DNA of 64,000 bases from a candidate division WOR-3 bacterium (GTDB lineage: Bacteria > Hydrothermota > 32-111). The stretch is taken from contig JBBFKX010000002.1 in assembly GCA_037481815.1 (NCBI GenBank), positions 160,001 to 224,000 on the forward strand. Direction: 5' to 3'. A program made the position numbers and the translations under genes. How positions within the stretch are numbered: position 1 is the first letter of the stretch; each line of letters begins with the position of its first letter. Positions 19,923-28,074 of this stretch are shown here, in pieces. Under the pieces are notes generated by a model. It did no database searches. It had not been told where the DNA came from and saw nothing but the letters and a program-made list of their open reading frames with translations.

Positions 19923-20291
19923 CTATTTCAAATTTAAAACTCTGTTGACAGATTCAAGAACCCTTGATGGTTGAAAAGGTTTAACGACAAAATCTTTGGC
20001 TCCCGCCTGAATCGCCTCTACTACAAGCGATTGTTGTCCCATGGCGGAAACCATCAATATCTTTGCGTTTGGAAACTCTTTTATAATTTCCCTGACAGCA
20101 TCTATACCTGACATATCAGGCATTATGATATCCATAGTTACAAGATCCGGCTGCAATTCTCTGTACATCTGCACAGCCTGAGATCCTGTCCCCGCCTCCC
20201 CACAAATTTCAAAACCTTCTTTTTTCAGAATATCTGCGATCATTCTTCTCATAAAAATTGCGTCATCAACTATAAGCACCCTTGTAGCCAT
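19923..20291 (-). CDS. cheY: Single-domain response regulator CheY (DifD / F1-class-like)
   Basis: VDDAIFMR, VTMDIIMP, SAMGQ, KPF. Confidence 0.95.
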   Translation of the reverse strand: MATRVLIVDDAIFMRRMIADILKKEGFEICGEAGTGSQAVQMYRELQPDLVTMDIIMPDMSGIDAVREIIKEFPNAKILMVSAMGQQSLVVEAIQAGAKDFVVKPFQPSRVLESVNRVLNLK

Positions 20292-20302
20292 ATTTTTTCC
20301 TC

Positions 20303-20701
20303 CTAATTTTTGTTGATAATATTTTTCAAATTTAATATTATAATCTCTTTACCATCTTTTTCAACAAAACCTTTTATATATTCACCTTCACTCTCTTCAT
20401 CTTTTACCTTTGAAACGTTTATTATGCCTTCTATTTCATCTATTAGAAGGCCATACTTTTCTTTGTTTTTTTCACAGATGATTATATAATTTTCCTCAAC
20501 CTTTTTCATCATTTTCAGTTTTTTCTTCAACGAGATCAAAACAACAACATCTCCCCTTAAGTTTATTACACTTTCGATATAATCTTCAGCGTTTGGAATT
20601 CTAATACCTTTTATTCTCTCATAAATATCTATTATCTCGGATATCTTTATCCCATATATTTTACCTTCGATCTTAAACGTTATATACTGTTCATTTTCCA
20701 T
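20303..20701 (-). CDS. cheW: Chemotaxis coupling protein CheW
   Basis: YITFKI...YGI, IPNAEDYIESVINLRGDVVVLISL, GLLIDEI. Confidence 0.9.
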   Translation of the reverse strand: MENEQYITFKIEGKIYGIKISEIIDIYERIKGIRIPNAEDYIESVINLRGDVVVLISLKKKLKMMKKVEENYIIICEKNKEKYGLLIDEIEGIINVSKVKDEESEGEYIKGFVEKDGKEIIILNLKNIINKN

Positions 20702-20705
20702 TCTG

Positions 20706-23700
20706 TTAAATCTCCTTCCATGTGAATTCTATTGGAAGAACACTCAAAGGATGCGCATAGAAACCATGAACATCGTCATGTATCGCGATCTGCCGATAGT
20801 TGTGAGTTAAAAATACCCAGGGTGCATCATCGACAATTATTCTTTCAATATCCTGATACAATTTATTTCTTTCTTCAAAATTAGTTGTCATCCTTGCTTT
20901 TAAAATGAGATCGTCCACCTGTTTGTTCGAGTAAAAAGAGTTGTTTCCACCATCACCAAAACTTTCACTATGGAAAAGTGGATAAACGAAATTGTCAGGT
21001 TCACCTGTATCACCAGCCCAACCCATCATAAAAAGATCACATTTCCCGGAGTGCATCCTGTCAAGAAGTTCCACCCATTTCAAGGGAACTATTTTTATCC
21101 TGATACCTATTTCCTGCCACATACTCTGTAAGAGTTCCGCCCTCTTTATAACCCTTTCAGAATTTGAACATATCATTTCAAAACTGTGATTTATACCGTT
21201 AGGAAAACCGGCTTTTAACATCATCTCTTTTGCTTTTGATGGATTGTAAGGATAACCTTCAAGAGATTTGTTGTAACATGGAAGTGCTGGGGGAAATACA
21301 CCTTTTGAAATGATCCCGAGACCAAACATTGTTTCGTTGATGTACCTTGATTTATCGGTAGCATAGTTTATTGCTTTTCTTATCTCTTTTGTTAATGTGA
21401 TCTCATTTTTTCTTGACATGTTGAAACCAACATACTGAACATCAAGAGATGGTATCGTTAGAACTTTTATATCAACTCTGTTCTGTTTTTTTAATTTTTC
21501 AAGATCCTCAGCGTTTACAGAACAATAATCTATGTTTTTCGCCAGGAGTTCTTCAAACTCATCCTCTTCCCTTTTTATCTTTATTTCAACATTTTCAACA
21601 AAAGGTTCTCCTCCAAAATAATGTTTGTTGGATTCCATAAGAATCCTTTCATCATCAACATATTTTAAAATGAATGGTCCACAACCGATGCAGTTGTTTT
21701 TCATCTTTTCATCGGAAAATTTTACCATATCCTTTTTTATTACCGCAAGACATATCACAGCAAGATTTGATAGGAATGGAATATAAGGATATTCAAGAGT
21801 AAACTTTATCGTATGTTCATCGAGTATTTCAATTCCCTCAATATCACGGGCTCTTCTTTTTATGTAATTCTGGGCTCCCTTTATCATATTCACAAAAGGA
21901 GCGTTTGGAGTTAAAAGAACATTTTTTATGCTCTCTTTCACATCCTCTGCTGTTACAGGTGTTCCATCATGAAAGTAAGCGTTTTTTCTTAAAAAGAAAA
22001 CCCACTCCGTTGCATCAGAGTTGATATGCCAGTATTTTGCAAGTGCTGGGATAACACTTGTATCCTTTCCAAATCTCACAAGTCCAACATGGATCTGTTG
22101 TAAAACTGTATTACTCGTTGAATCACCAACGAGTGCTGGCTGCCAGTGAACGGGCAGGTTGTTCATTATGAATTTAAACCTATTCTTTTCAGGATCCCTT
22201 TTGATTATGAACTTCTCTGAAAATGTTTCCTGTATACCTGAAACCATCTTTAATGACTCTTCACTTTTCAAAATATCATTTTTAAAAATCCTGTTAAGTT
22301 CATCAGCCATCTGGTTTATTTTTTCAGATTTTGAAATTATGTTCATGTATAGTTTGACAATCTCATCCTTTAAAATTTCCTGCTGGGTTATGGTATCGTA
22401 AATCTCTTTCAAAAGATTTTTAAAATTCACTGCTGAGTCCTTTACATCCTTTACAACCTTGTTGCTCGTTTCTATTGAGAAAATAATCTTTTCCGCAGAA
22501 TCGAGTTCTTTATCAACAATGCTTAAAACATCGTGTAAAAGTTTTTCCATATTTTTTACTATATCTTTTATCTCAAGTGAGGCATCAGTTGCTTTTTTTA
22601 TGAGTTCTTTTGTCTGTGAAACTATAACAACAAGATTCTGTTGATATTTGCCTGATCTTGCTGCCTCGATCGAAGCATAGAGAGAAAGCAATTTTGTCTG
22701 TTCTGAAAGTTCTTTCAATTCTAAACTCGTTTCAAAAATTGATTTCAAATTTTTTGAAATTTCGTTGAAATCATCTTTAAGATTGACTATCATCTCAAGT
22801 GTTTTTTCGATATCATTTTTCACATTAACTACACTCGTTGAGAACTCGTTTACTGCACCAAGGAGAAGGTTAAGATTATCCTCTATCTCTCCAACATTTT
22901 TTAGCATCAACTGTTCACTTTCCTCTATTGATTCGATGGCACCGAAATAGTTTTTAACAACCTTTGATTGTTCATCGTTTCTTTCGATGAACTCGTTTAT
23001 AACTCCCATCGTTTGATCTATAATGTTTTTACTGTTTTCAAGGAAAAATTCTATCTTTTTGAAAATCTTTATCTCTGTTGCTATAGAATTATCTAATGAT
23101 TTCTTTTCATAAATAAGATCTGACAGAGGTTCAAGTTGTTGCATAAGATTCGATAGTCCAACCTTTACATCGGATTGTGTTTTAACCATTGTCATAAGTT
23201 TTTCGGTCGACTGTAAAGAAACATCAATTATATTTTGAACACTTTTGTTAAGGTCGTTGATCAGATTTTTATTTTTATCCTGTATGTTTATATATTCTTT
23301 CATCTTGTCCGACTTCAAAACAATATCAGAAAGGTTCATCTCAACATTTTTTAACCTGAAATTCAAAAGATCTATGTTTCTTTTTAATGCATCGATTCTG
23401 AACTTAATGTTATCGACAGATTCAATAACATTTTCTGTTTTCACTTTTATGTTCTGAATACTTTCAGGAATCCTTTTTGTTAGATTGAATGTTTTGTTCG
23501 CAAGAAGAAGCATCCTGTCAGCGATAACTTCAAAACCTCTTCCACTCTCTCCAGCATGATACGATTTTATCCCTGCGTTTCTTGCTGCCGATTCAGTCAT
23601 CTGTGCTATACCAATTATGATCTCGGTTATTTGACCTATGTGTTTTGAATACTCGTTAAATGGTTTTACAATATCGAGAATCTGGGATGAACCACTCGTA

Positions 23701-24044
23701 AAAATATTCAACTGGTTTATCACCTGATCAAACTCTTTGACACTATTTTTGATACTTTCCGTTGAGTTTTTTGAATAATCTATTAAAACATCCGCAGCTT
23801 CAGAAACTATCTGTATCGAAGCGTAAAGTTTGTTTCCTTTGTCTTCAATCTTTTCTATTTCATCAACCAATCCTTTTTCTTCAAATGAAATCGAAGAGAG
23901 TATAGAATGTGCGTTTCTGTTTATCTCAAGAAGTTCATCATCATCTATTTTTATAGTTTTCAAAGCATAGATCAGGGCTGTTGGATCAAATTCCTCTTCC
24001 TGTATTACTCCCTTTCTTTTAAAAAAATTGAAGAAAGACACCAT
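20706..24044 (-). CDS. Soluble chemoreceptor with two MCP signalling domains fused to a C-terminal family-5 (OppA/DppA-like) solute-binding domain
   Basis: Tip 1 is IAQMTESAARNAGIKSYHAGESGRGFEVIA; tip 2 is LSEQTKLLSLYASIEAARSG. The C-terminal ~490 aa contain PALAKYW, FFLRKNAYFHDGTPVTAEDV, IGCGPF, IRKAINYATD, YPYNPSKAK and DDAPWVFL. No TM helix or signal peptide. Confidence 0.88.
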   Translation of the reverse strand: MVSFFNFFKRKGVIQEEEFDPTALIYALKTIKIDDDELLEINRNAHSILSSISFEEKGLVDEIEKIEDKGNKLYASIQIVSEAADVLIDYSKNSTESIKNSVKEFDQVINQLNIFTSGSSQILDIVKPFNEYSKHIGQITEIIIGIAQMTESAARNAGIKSYHAGESGRGFEVIADRMLLLANKTFNLTKRIPESIQNIKVKTENVIESVDNIKFRIDALKRNIDLLNFRLKNVEMNLSDIVLKSDKMKEYINIQDKNKNLINDLNKSVQNIIDVSLQSTEKLMTMVKTQSDVKVGLSNLMQQLEPLSDLIYEKKSLDNSIATEIKIFKKIEFFLENSKNIIDQTMGVINEFIERNDEQSKVVKNYFGAIESIEESEQLMLKNVGEIEDNLNLLLGAVNEFSTSVVNVKNDIEKTLEMIVNLKDDFNEISKNLKSIFETSLELKELSEQTKLLSLYASIEAARSGKYQQNLVVIVSQTKELIKKATDASLEIKDIVKNMEKLLHDVLSIVDKELDSAEKIIFSIETSNKVVKDVKDSAVNFKNLLKEIYDTITQQEILKDEIVKLYMNIISKSEKINQMADELNRIFKNDILKSEESLKMVSGIQETFSEKFIIKRDPEKNRFKFIMNNLPVHWQPALVGDSTSNTVLQQIHVGLVRFGKDTSVIPALAKYWHINSDATEWVFFLRKNAYFHDGTPVTAEDVKESIKNVLLTPNAPFVNMIKGAQNYIKRRARDIEGIEILDEHTIKFTLEYPYIPFLSNLAVICLAVIKKDMVKFSDEKMKNNCIGCGPFILKYVDDERILMESNKHYFGGEPFVENVEIKIKREEDEFEELLAKNIDYCSVNAEDLEKLKKQNRVDIKVLTIPSLDVQYVGFNMSRKNEITLTKEIRKAINYATDKSRYINETMFGLGIISKGVFPPALPCYNKSLEGYPYNPSKAKEMMLKAGFPNGINHSFEMICSNSERVIKRAELLQSMWQEIGIRIKIVPLKWVELLDRMHSGKCDLFMMGWAGDTGEPDNFVYPLFHSESFGDGGNNSFYSNKQVDDLILKARMTTNFEERNKLYQDIERIIVDDAPWVFLTHNYRQIAIHDDVHGFYAHPLSVLPIEFTWKEI

Positions 24045-24066
24045 ATCAAATCCTTTTTAAAAATAA

Positions 24067-24095
24067 AATATAACATAATAATAAAAATAAATCAA
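24067..24095 (-). promoter_or_regulatory. Putative promoter of the chemosensory/roadblock operon
   Basis: TTGATT-N17-TATATT with TGn extension in the 70-nt gap after recR. Confidence 0.45.
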
Positions 24096-24114
24096 TATGG
24101 TGGATTTTGAAAAA

Positions 24115-24705
24115 TCAATCTATATTCTGTCTTTTTTCAACAGAACATTGAAGTGTAAAATCATCTATATATTCAAAATCTGTTCCAAAAGGTATACCTC
24201 TCGCTATCGTTGTAATCTTATCAACTCTGTCCTTCAAAAGTTTTGTAAGATAAATGGTTGTCGTCTCTCCTTCGGTTGAGGGTGATAGAGCTATGATCAC
24301 CTCTTTTATCTTTCCATCTTCAATTCTTTTAACAAGTTTTTCAAAAGATAATTTTTCAGGTGTTATACCATCAAGTGGTGATATCAATCCACCGAGTATA
24401 TGGTAAAGTCCATTGTATCTTTTGGTTCTTTCAAAGATGAATAGATCACGAGGTTTTTCCAAAACCATCAAAATATTCTCATCCCTTTTGTTGTTCGAGC
24501 AGATACTACAGGGATCGGTTTCATCAACACTCCCACAGATTGAACATATTTTTATACTTTCAGAAAGTTCAAGTATCGATTCTGATAACTCTTTAGAAAA
24601 CTCTTTACCTTTTGAGATCAAAAAGAATATCAGCCTTTCAGCTGATTTTTCACCTATACCTGGAAGTTCTTTTAAATTCTTTTTCAACCGATCAAAACTT
24701 GTCAT
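24115..24705 (-). CDS. recR: Recombination mediator RecR
   Basis: LPGIGEKSAERL, C4 zinc finger CSIC...CSIC, YHILGGLISPLDG, EGETT. Confidence 0.97.
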   Translation of the reverse strand: MTSFDRLKKNLKELPGIGEKSAERLIFFLISKGKEFSKELSESILELSESIKICSICGSVDETDPCSICSNNKRDENILMVLEKPRDLFIFERTKRYNGLYHILGGLISPLDGITPEKLSFEKLVKRIEDGKIKEVIIALSPSTEGETTTIYLTKLLKDRVDKITTIARGIPFGTDFEYIDDFTLQCSVEKRQNID

Positions 24706-24706
24706 A

Positions 24707-25021
24707 TCAAAATCCCATCATGTTTGGTAACTGGATTCCACCGGTTATTTTTGCCATCTCTTCTCTGTTTAAAACATCAACCTTACTTTTTGCTTCATTA
24801 AATGCTGATTTCAAAAGATCTGTTATTACCACAGGTTCCTCGTTTTTCAAAATTTCCTCTAAAATCGTTATATCAACAACCTCATACTTACCATTCATTT
24901 TAACATTGACCATTCCTCCACCTACACTCGCTTCTACAACAGTGTTTTTCAATTTTTCTTCCATCTCATCCATCATCTTCTGCATCTGTTGTGCCTGCTT
25001 CATAAGTTTCTTCATGTCCAT
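24707..25021 (-). CDS. ybaB: YbaB/EbfC family nucleoid-associated protein
   Basis: LMKQAQQMQ, SVGGGMVNV; sits between dnaX and recR. Confidence 0.95.
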   Translation of the reverse strand: MDMKKLMKQAQQMQKMMDEMEEKLKNTVVEASVGGGMVNVKMNGKYEVVDITILEEILKNEEPVVITDLLKSAFNEAKSKVDVLNREEMAKITGGIQLPNMMGF

Positions 25022-25031
25022 TTTATTCCTC

Positions 25032-26564
25032 CTAATATATTATCTCACCATCAAACCTTTCGATTATTTTCAACACATTTTCATTTTTATCTAATCCTGT
25101 ATTTAAGATTTGATTATCCTTTTTTTCATTTTTAAAAAAAATGATTTCAAGAACTATTTTTTCATTAAAATCTTTTACAAGACCTTTTATCTTTTGATCC
25201 TTTAAAATGTACTCAAGTGATTCGGGAAAAGAAATTTTTATATACTCTTTTTTCCTTTCGATAATATTACCGTTTTCAAGTGCAGTTCCAACGACTGGAT
25301 CTTTCTTCTTACAGAATTCTATAAATTTTTCAAAAACTAAATTCTCTTTCTCCTGTTCAACTTTTTCTACAGTATTCAACTCAACGTTTTTTGTTGTTGC
25401 TTCAACCTTTTTTTCGATCCTTGTATCCGAAAACTTTTTTTCGTTGAGCAATTTTATTATCTCATCTATATCTCTTCCATCTATCATAAAAGGTATTCTC
25501 ATCAACTGATTTTCAACTACAATTTTTCTATTCGATGCAAATTTTAATTTGTTTGATAGTTCGATCAACTCTCTTATTATCTGGTTCAAAGTTGTGTTTG
25601 AAAAATGTTTTGCCTGCTCTTTTGCTTTTTCTAATATTTCGGGATGTAGAGATGAGATTTCATCAGTTGTTATATCATTTTTTAAAAGCACAAGATAATG
25701 AAAGTAAGTTGCAAACTCTGAAACAAAAGTTTCTATATCAAAACCCTTAAGCAAAAGATCTTCAAAACTCTCAACAATTCCCTTTAAATCCTTATCTATA
25801 ATCTTTTGAACGAGTTTAACAAAAAAGTATGTATCCAGACGTCCAAAAATCGAATTAACATCATCGTATGTTATCTTTTTATGCATAAGTGCTATCTGAT
25901 CAAGCATCGACAACGCATCCCTCATTCCTCCATCAGCCATCTGGGCGATCAGGTTAAGCCCTTCAACCTCATATTCTATTTTTTGATCCTCGCATATTAT
26001 CTTCAATTGTTTAACTATTTCAGATATAGGTAACCTTTTGAAATCGAACCTCTGGCATCTTGAAAGTATCGTCGGTATAACATTAAAAGGTTCTGTTGTA
26101 CAGAATATGAATTTAACATGCTCTGGAGGTTCCTCAAGTATTTTCAATAATGCGTTGAATGCCTCTTTTGTTAACATGTGAACTTCATCGATGATAAAAA
26201 CTTTGTTCTTCGCTGAAATCGCTACATATCCGGCTTTATCCCTTAGATCCCTTATCTCATCGATCCCTCTGTTTGATGCTCCATCTATTTCAACGACATC
26301 AACATCTCTTCCATCGATTATATCTTTACACGATTTGCATTTTAAACATGGTTCGCCATTTTCAACATTTTCACAGTTCAAAGCCATCGCAAGAATCCTT
26401 GCTGTTGTGGTTTTTCCGACTCCCCTTGGCCCTGAAAACAGCAAAGCATGCGGTATCCTGTTGTTTTTTACAGCATTTTTCAAAACTTTTACTATATGAT
26501 CCTGCCCTATAACATCCTCGAACCTTTGAGGTCGATATTTTCTTGCAAAAACTATATATGTCAT
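25032..26564 (-). CDS. dnaX: DNA polymerase III subunit gamma/tau
   Basis: ARKYRP, GPRGVGKTT, EIDGASNRG, DEVHML, SRCQ. Confidence 0.97.
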   Translation of the reverse strand: MTYIVFARKYRPQRFEDVIGQDHIVKVLKNAVKNNRIPHALLFSGPRGVGKTTTARILAMALNCENVENGEPCLKCKSCKDIIDGRDVDVVEIDGASNRGIDEIRDLRDKAGYVAISAKNKVFIIDEVHMLTKEAFNALLKILEEPPEHVKFIFCTTEPFNVIPTILSRCQRFDFKRLPISEIVKQLKIICEDQKIEYEVEGLNLIAQMADGGMRDALSMLDQIALMHKKITYDDVNSIFGRLDTYFFVKLVQKIIDKDLKGIVESFEDLLLKGFDIETFVSEFATYFHYLVLLKNDITTDEISSLHPEILEKAKEQAKHFSNTTLNQIIRELIELSNKLKFASNRKIVVENQLMRIPFMIDGRDIDEIIKLLNEKKFSDTRIEKKVEATTKNVELNTVEKVEQEKENLVFEKFIEFCKKKDPVVGTALENGNIIERKKEYIKISFPESLEYILKDQKIKGLVKDFNEKIVLEIIFFKNEKKDNQILNTGLDKNENVLKIIERFDGEIIY

Positions 26565-26585
26565 ATTTTTTCCTTTTTTGATATG

Positions 26586-26656
26586 GCGGCGGAGACAGAG
26601 GCCTTTTACTGCTGCTTCCTTTCAGACCTGACAGGGTTCAAGACATATCTCCCCGC
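26586..26656 (-). ncRNA. ffs: Signal recognition particle RNA (small bacterial 4.5S type)
   Basis: Core GAACCCUGUCAGGUCUGAAAGGAAGCAGCAGUAA (helix 8 with GNRA loop) closed by GCGGGGAGAUA/UGUCUCCGCCGC; directly upstream of dnaX. Confidence 0.92.
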
Positions 26657-26664
26657 GTGTTTTT

Positions 26665-26692
26665 ATAATACCATTTATAAAACTATTTTCAA
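26665..26692 (-). promoter_or_regulatory. Putative promoter of ffs-dnaX
   Basis: TTGAAA-N16-TATTAT with TGn extension, 8 nt upstream of the SRP RNA 5' end. Confidence 0.6.
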
Positions 26693-26699
26693 GAAGGAA

Positions 26700-27698
26700 T
26701 CAATCCCTGTTTTTTCTCTGTGCTTTTATATGTTCGTTGTAAGTTTTTGTAAAAGTATGTGTGCCATCCCCGTTAGATACATAAAAAAGAAAATCATGTT
26801 TTGATGGATTTAAAGCAGCATCAACGGATACACTTCCAGGTGAACATATCGGTGTTGGTGGAAGTCCTGCATTTTTATAAGTGTTGTAAGGAGAGTTCAC
26901 TTCAAGATCCTTATATGAGAGTTTTCCTCCATCTTTTCCAAGAGCATAAAAGACGGTTGCACAACATTGTAGATTCATACCTTTTTTCAATCTGTTATAG
27001 TAAACTCCAGATATGAGATACTTTTCCTGATCAACTTTTGCTTCCTTCTCTATTATGGAAGCAAAAATTATATATTCATACCTTGTAAATGAAAACTCAT
27101 TTGTTTTGAATAAAGACTCTGGATACTTTTCTTCAAAAAGTTCCAACATTTTTAAAACCATCTCTCTTGCTCCCATATCCTCAGTGAAATAGTATGTTTC
27201 CGGTAGAAGAAATCCCTCACAATTTTTTCCCTTTATGTTATACTTTTTCAAAATCTCTTTCGAAAAACATGTTGAAAAAAATTCTGTTGAATCTATATCA
27301 AACTCTTCATTCAGTCGTCTGTATATCTGTTTCAAAGTGAAACCTTCAGGAATAACAACTTTTTTCTGTAAAACTTTTCCTCTATAAATTTTGTAAAAAG
27401 CATCATATTCATTTTGTTTTTTTTCAAGCAGGTAAATCCCCGCCTTCATCTTTCTATCAGCATTGTACACTTTTACAAAAAACCTGAAAAGATTGGGATT
27501 ATTTATTATCGAACTATCAACAAGAATTTTTTCTATCTCCTTTAAACTCATTCCATTTTTTATTTCAACTCTGATATACTCTTTAGGTGTGTTCTCTTTT
27601 TCAGTTGAAAAACTTCGATAGTTGAGTTTTATAAAAATGATCGAAATCAGTAATAAAAGTAAAAAACCGAAATATTTATTTTTCTCTTTCAAATTCAA
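26700..27698 (-). CDS. mltG: Endolytic transglycosylase MltG
   Basis: N-terminal TM, IPEG, EGFLLPETY, ASIIEKE, SPYNTY...GLPPTPI. Confidence 0.95.
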   Translation of the reverse strand: MNLKEKNKYFGFLLLLLISIIFIKLNYRSFSTEKENTPKEYIRVEIKNGMSLKEIEKILVDSSIINNPNLFRFFVKVYNADRKMKAGIYLLEKKQNEYDAFYKIYRGKVLQKKVVIPEGFTLKQIYRRLNEEFDIDSTEFFSTCFSKEILKKYNIKGKNCEGFLLPETYYFTEDMGAREMVLKMLELFEEKYPESLFKTNEFSFTRYEYIIFASIIEKEAKVDQEKYLISGVYYNRLKKGMNLQCCATVFYALGKDGGKLSYKDLEVNSPYNTYKNAGLPPTPICSPGSVSVDAALNPSKHDFLFYVSNGDGTHTFTKTYNEHIKAQRKNRD

Positions 27699-28074
27699 GA
27701 TACTCCTTCATAATTATCATCGCGGATACAGAATCTACGATCTGTTTTTTTTTATCTTTTAAACCACTCTCATTAATGAACCTTTCAGATTCTTTTGTAG
27801 TTAACCTTTCGTTAAAAAATATTTTTTCGATACCATCAATGTCGATACTGTTGATTAAATTTTTTATCCATAAAGACATTTCGTTATCGTTATCATTCTT
27901 ATCAAGGGGAACGCCGATTATTATTTTCTCTATACAATAGTCCTTTAAATATTTTTTCAAAACTTTTTCAAGTTCATCGGTTTTCACAGGTTTCTGTGGT
28001 AAAAGTATCCCATCGATAGAAAGACATAGGCCTGTTCTTTTTTTCCCAACATCAACCGATAAAAGGTTTGACAT
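27676..28074 (-). CDS. ruvX: RuvX/YqgF pre-16S rRNA nuclease
   Basis: VDVGKKRTG, IIGVP, NERLTT, VDSVSA. Confidence 0.9.
   Translation of the reverse strand: MSNLLSVDVGKKRTGLCLSIDGILLPQKPVKTDELEKVLKKYLKDYCIEKIIIGVPLDKNDNDNEMSLWIKNLINSIDIDGIEKIFFNERLTTKESERFINESGLKDKKKQIVDSVSAMIIMKEYLEFEREK

Noticed and set aside
20706..22190. Stand-alone oppA of an ABC transporter
   Set aside because: It is in frame with the MCP region, has no export signal, and there are no permease or ATPase genes nearby.
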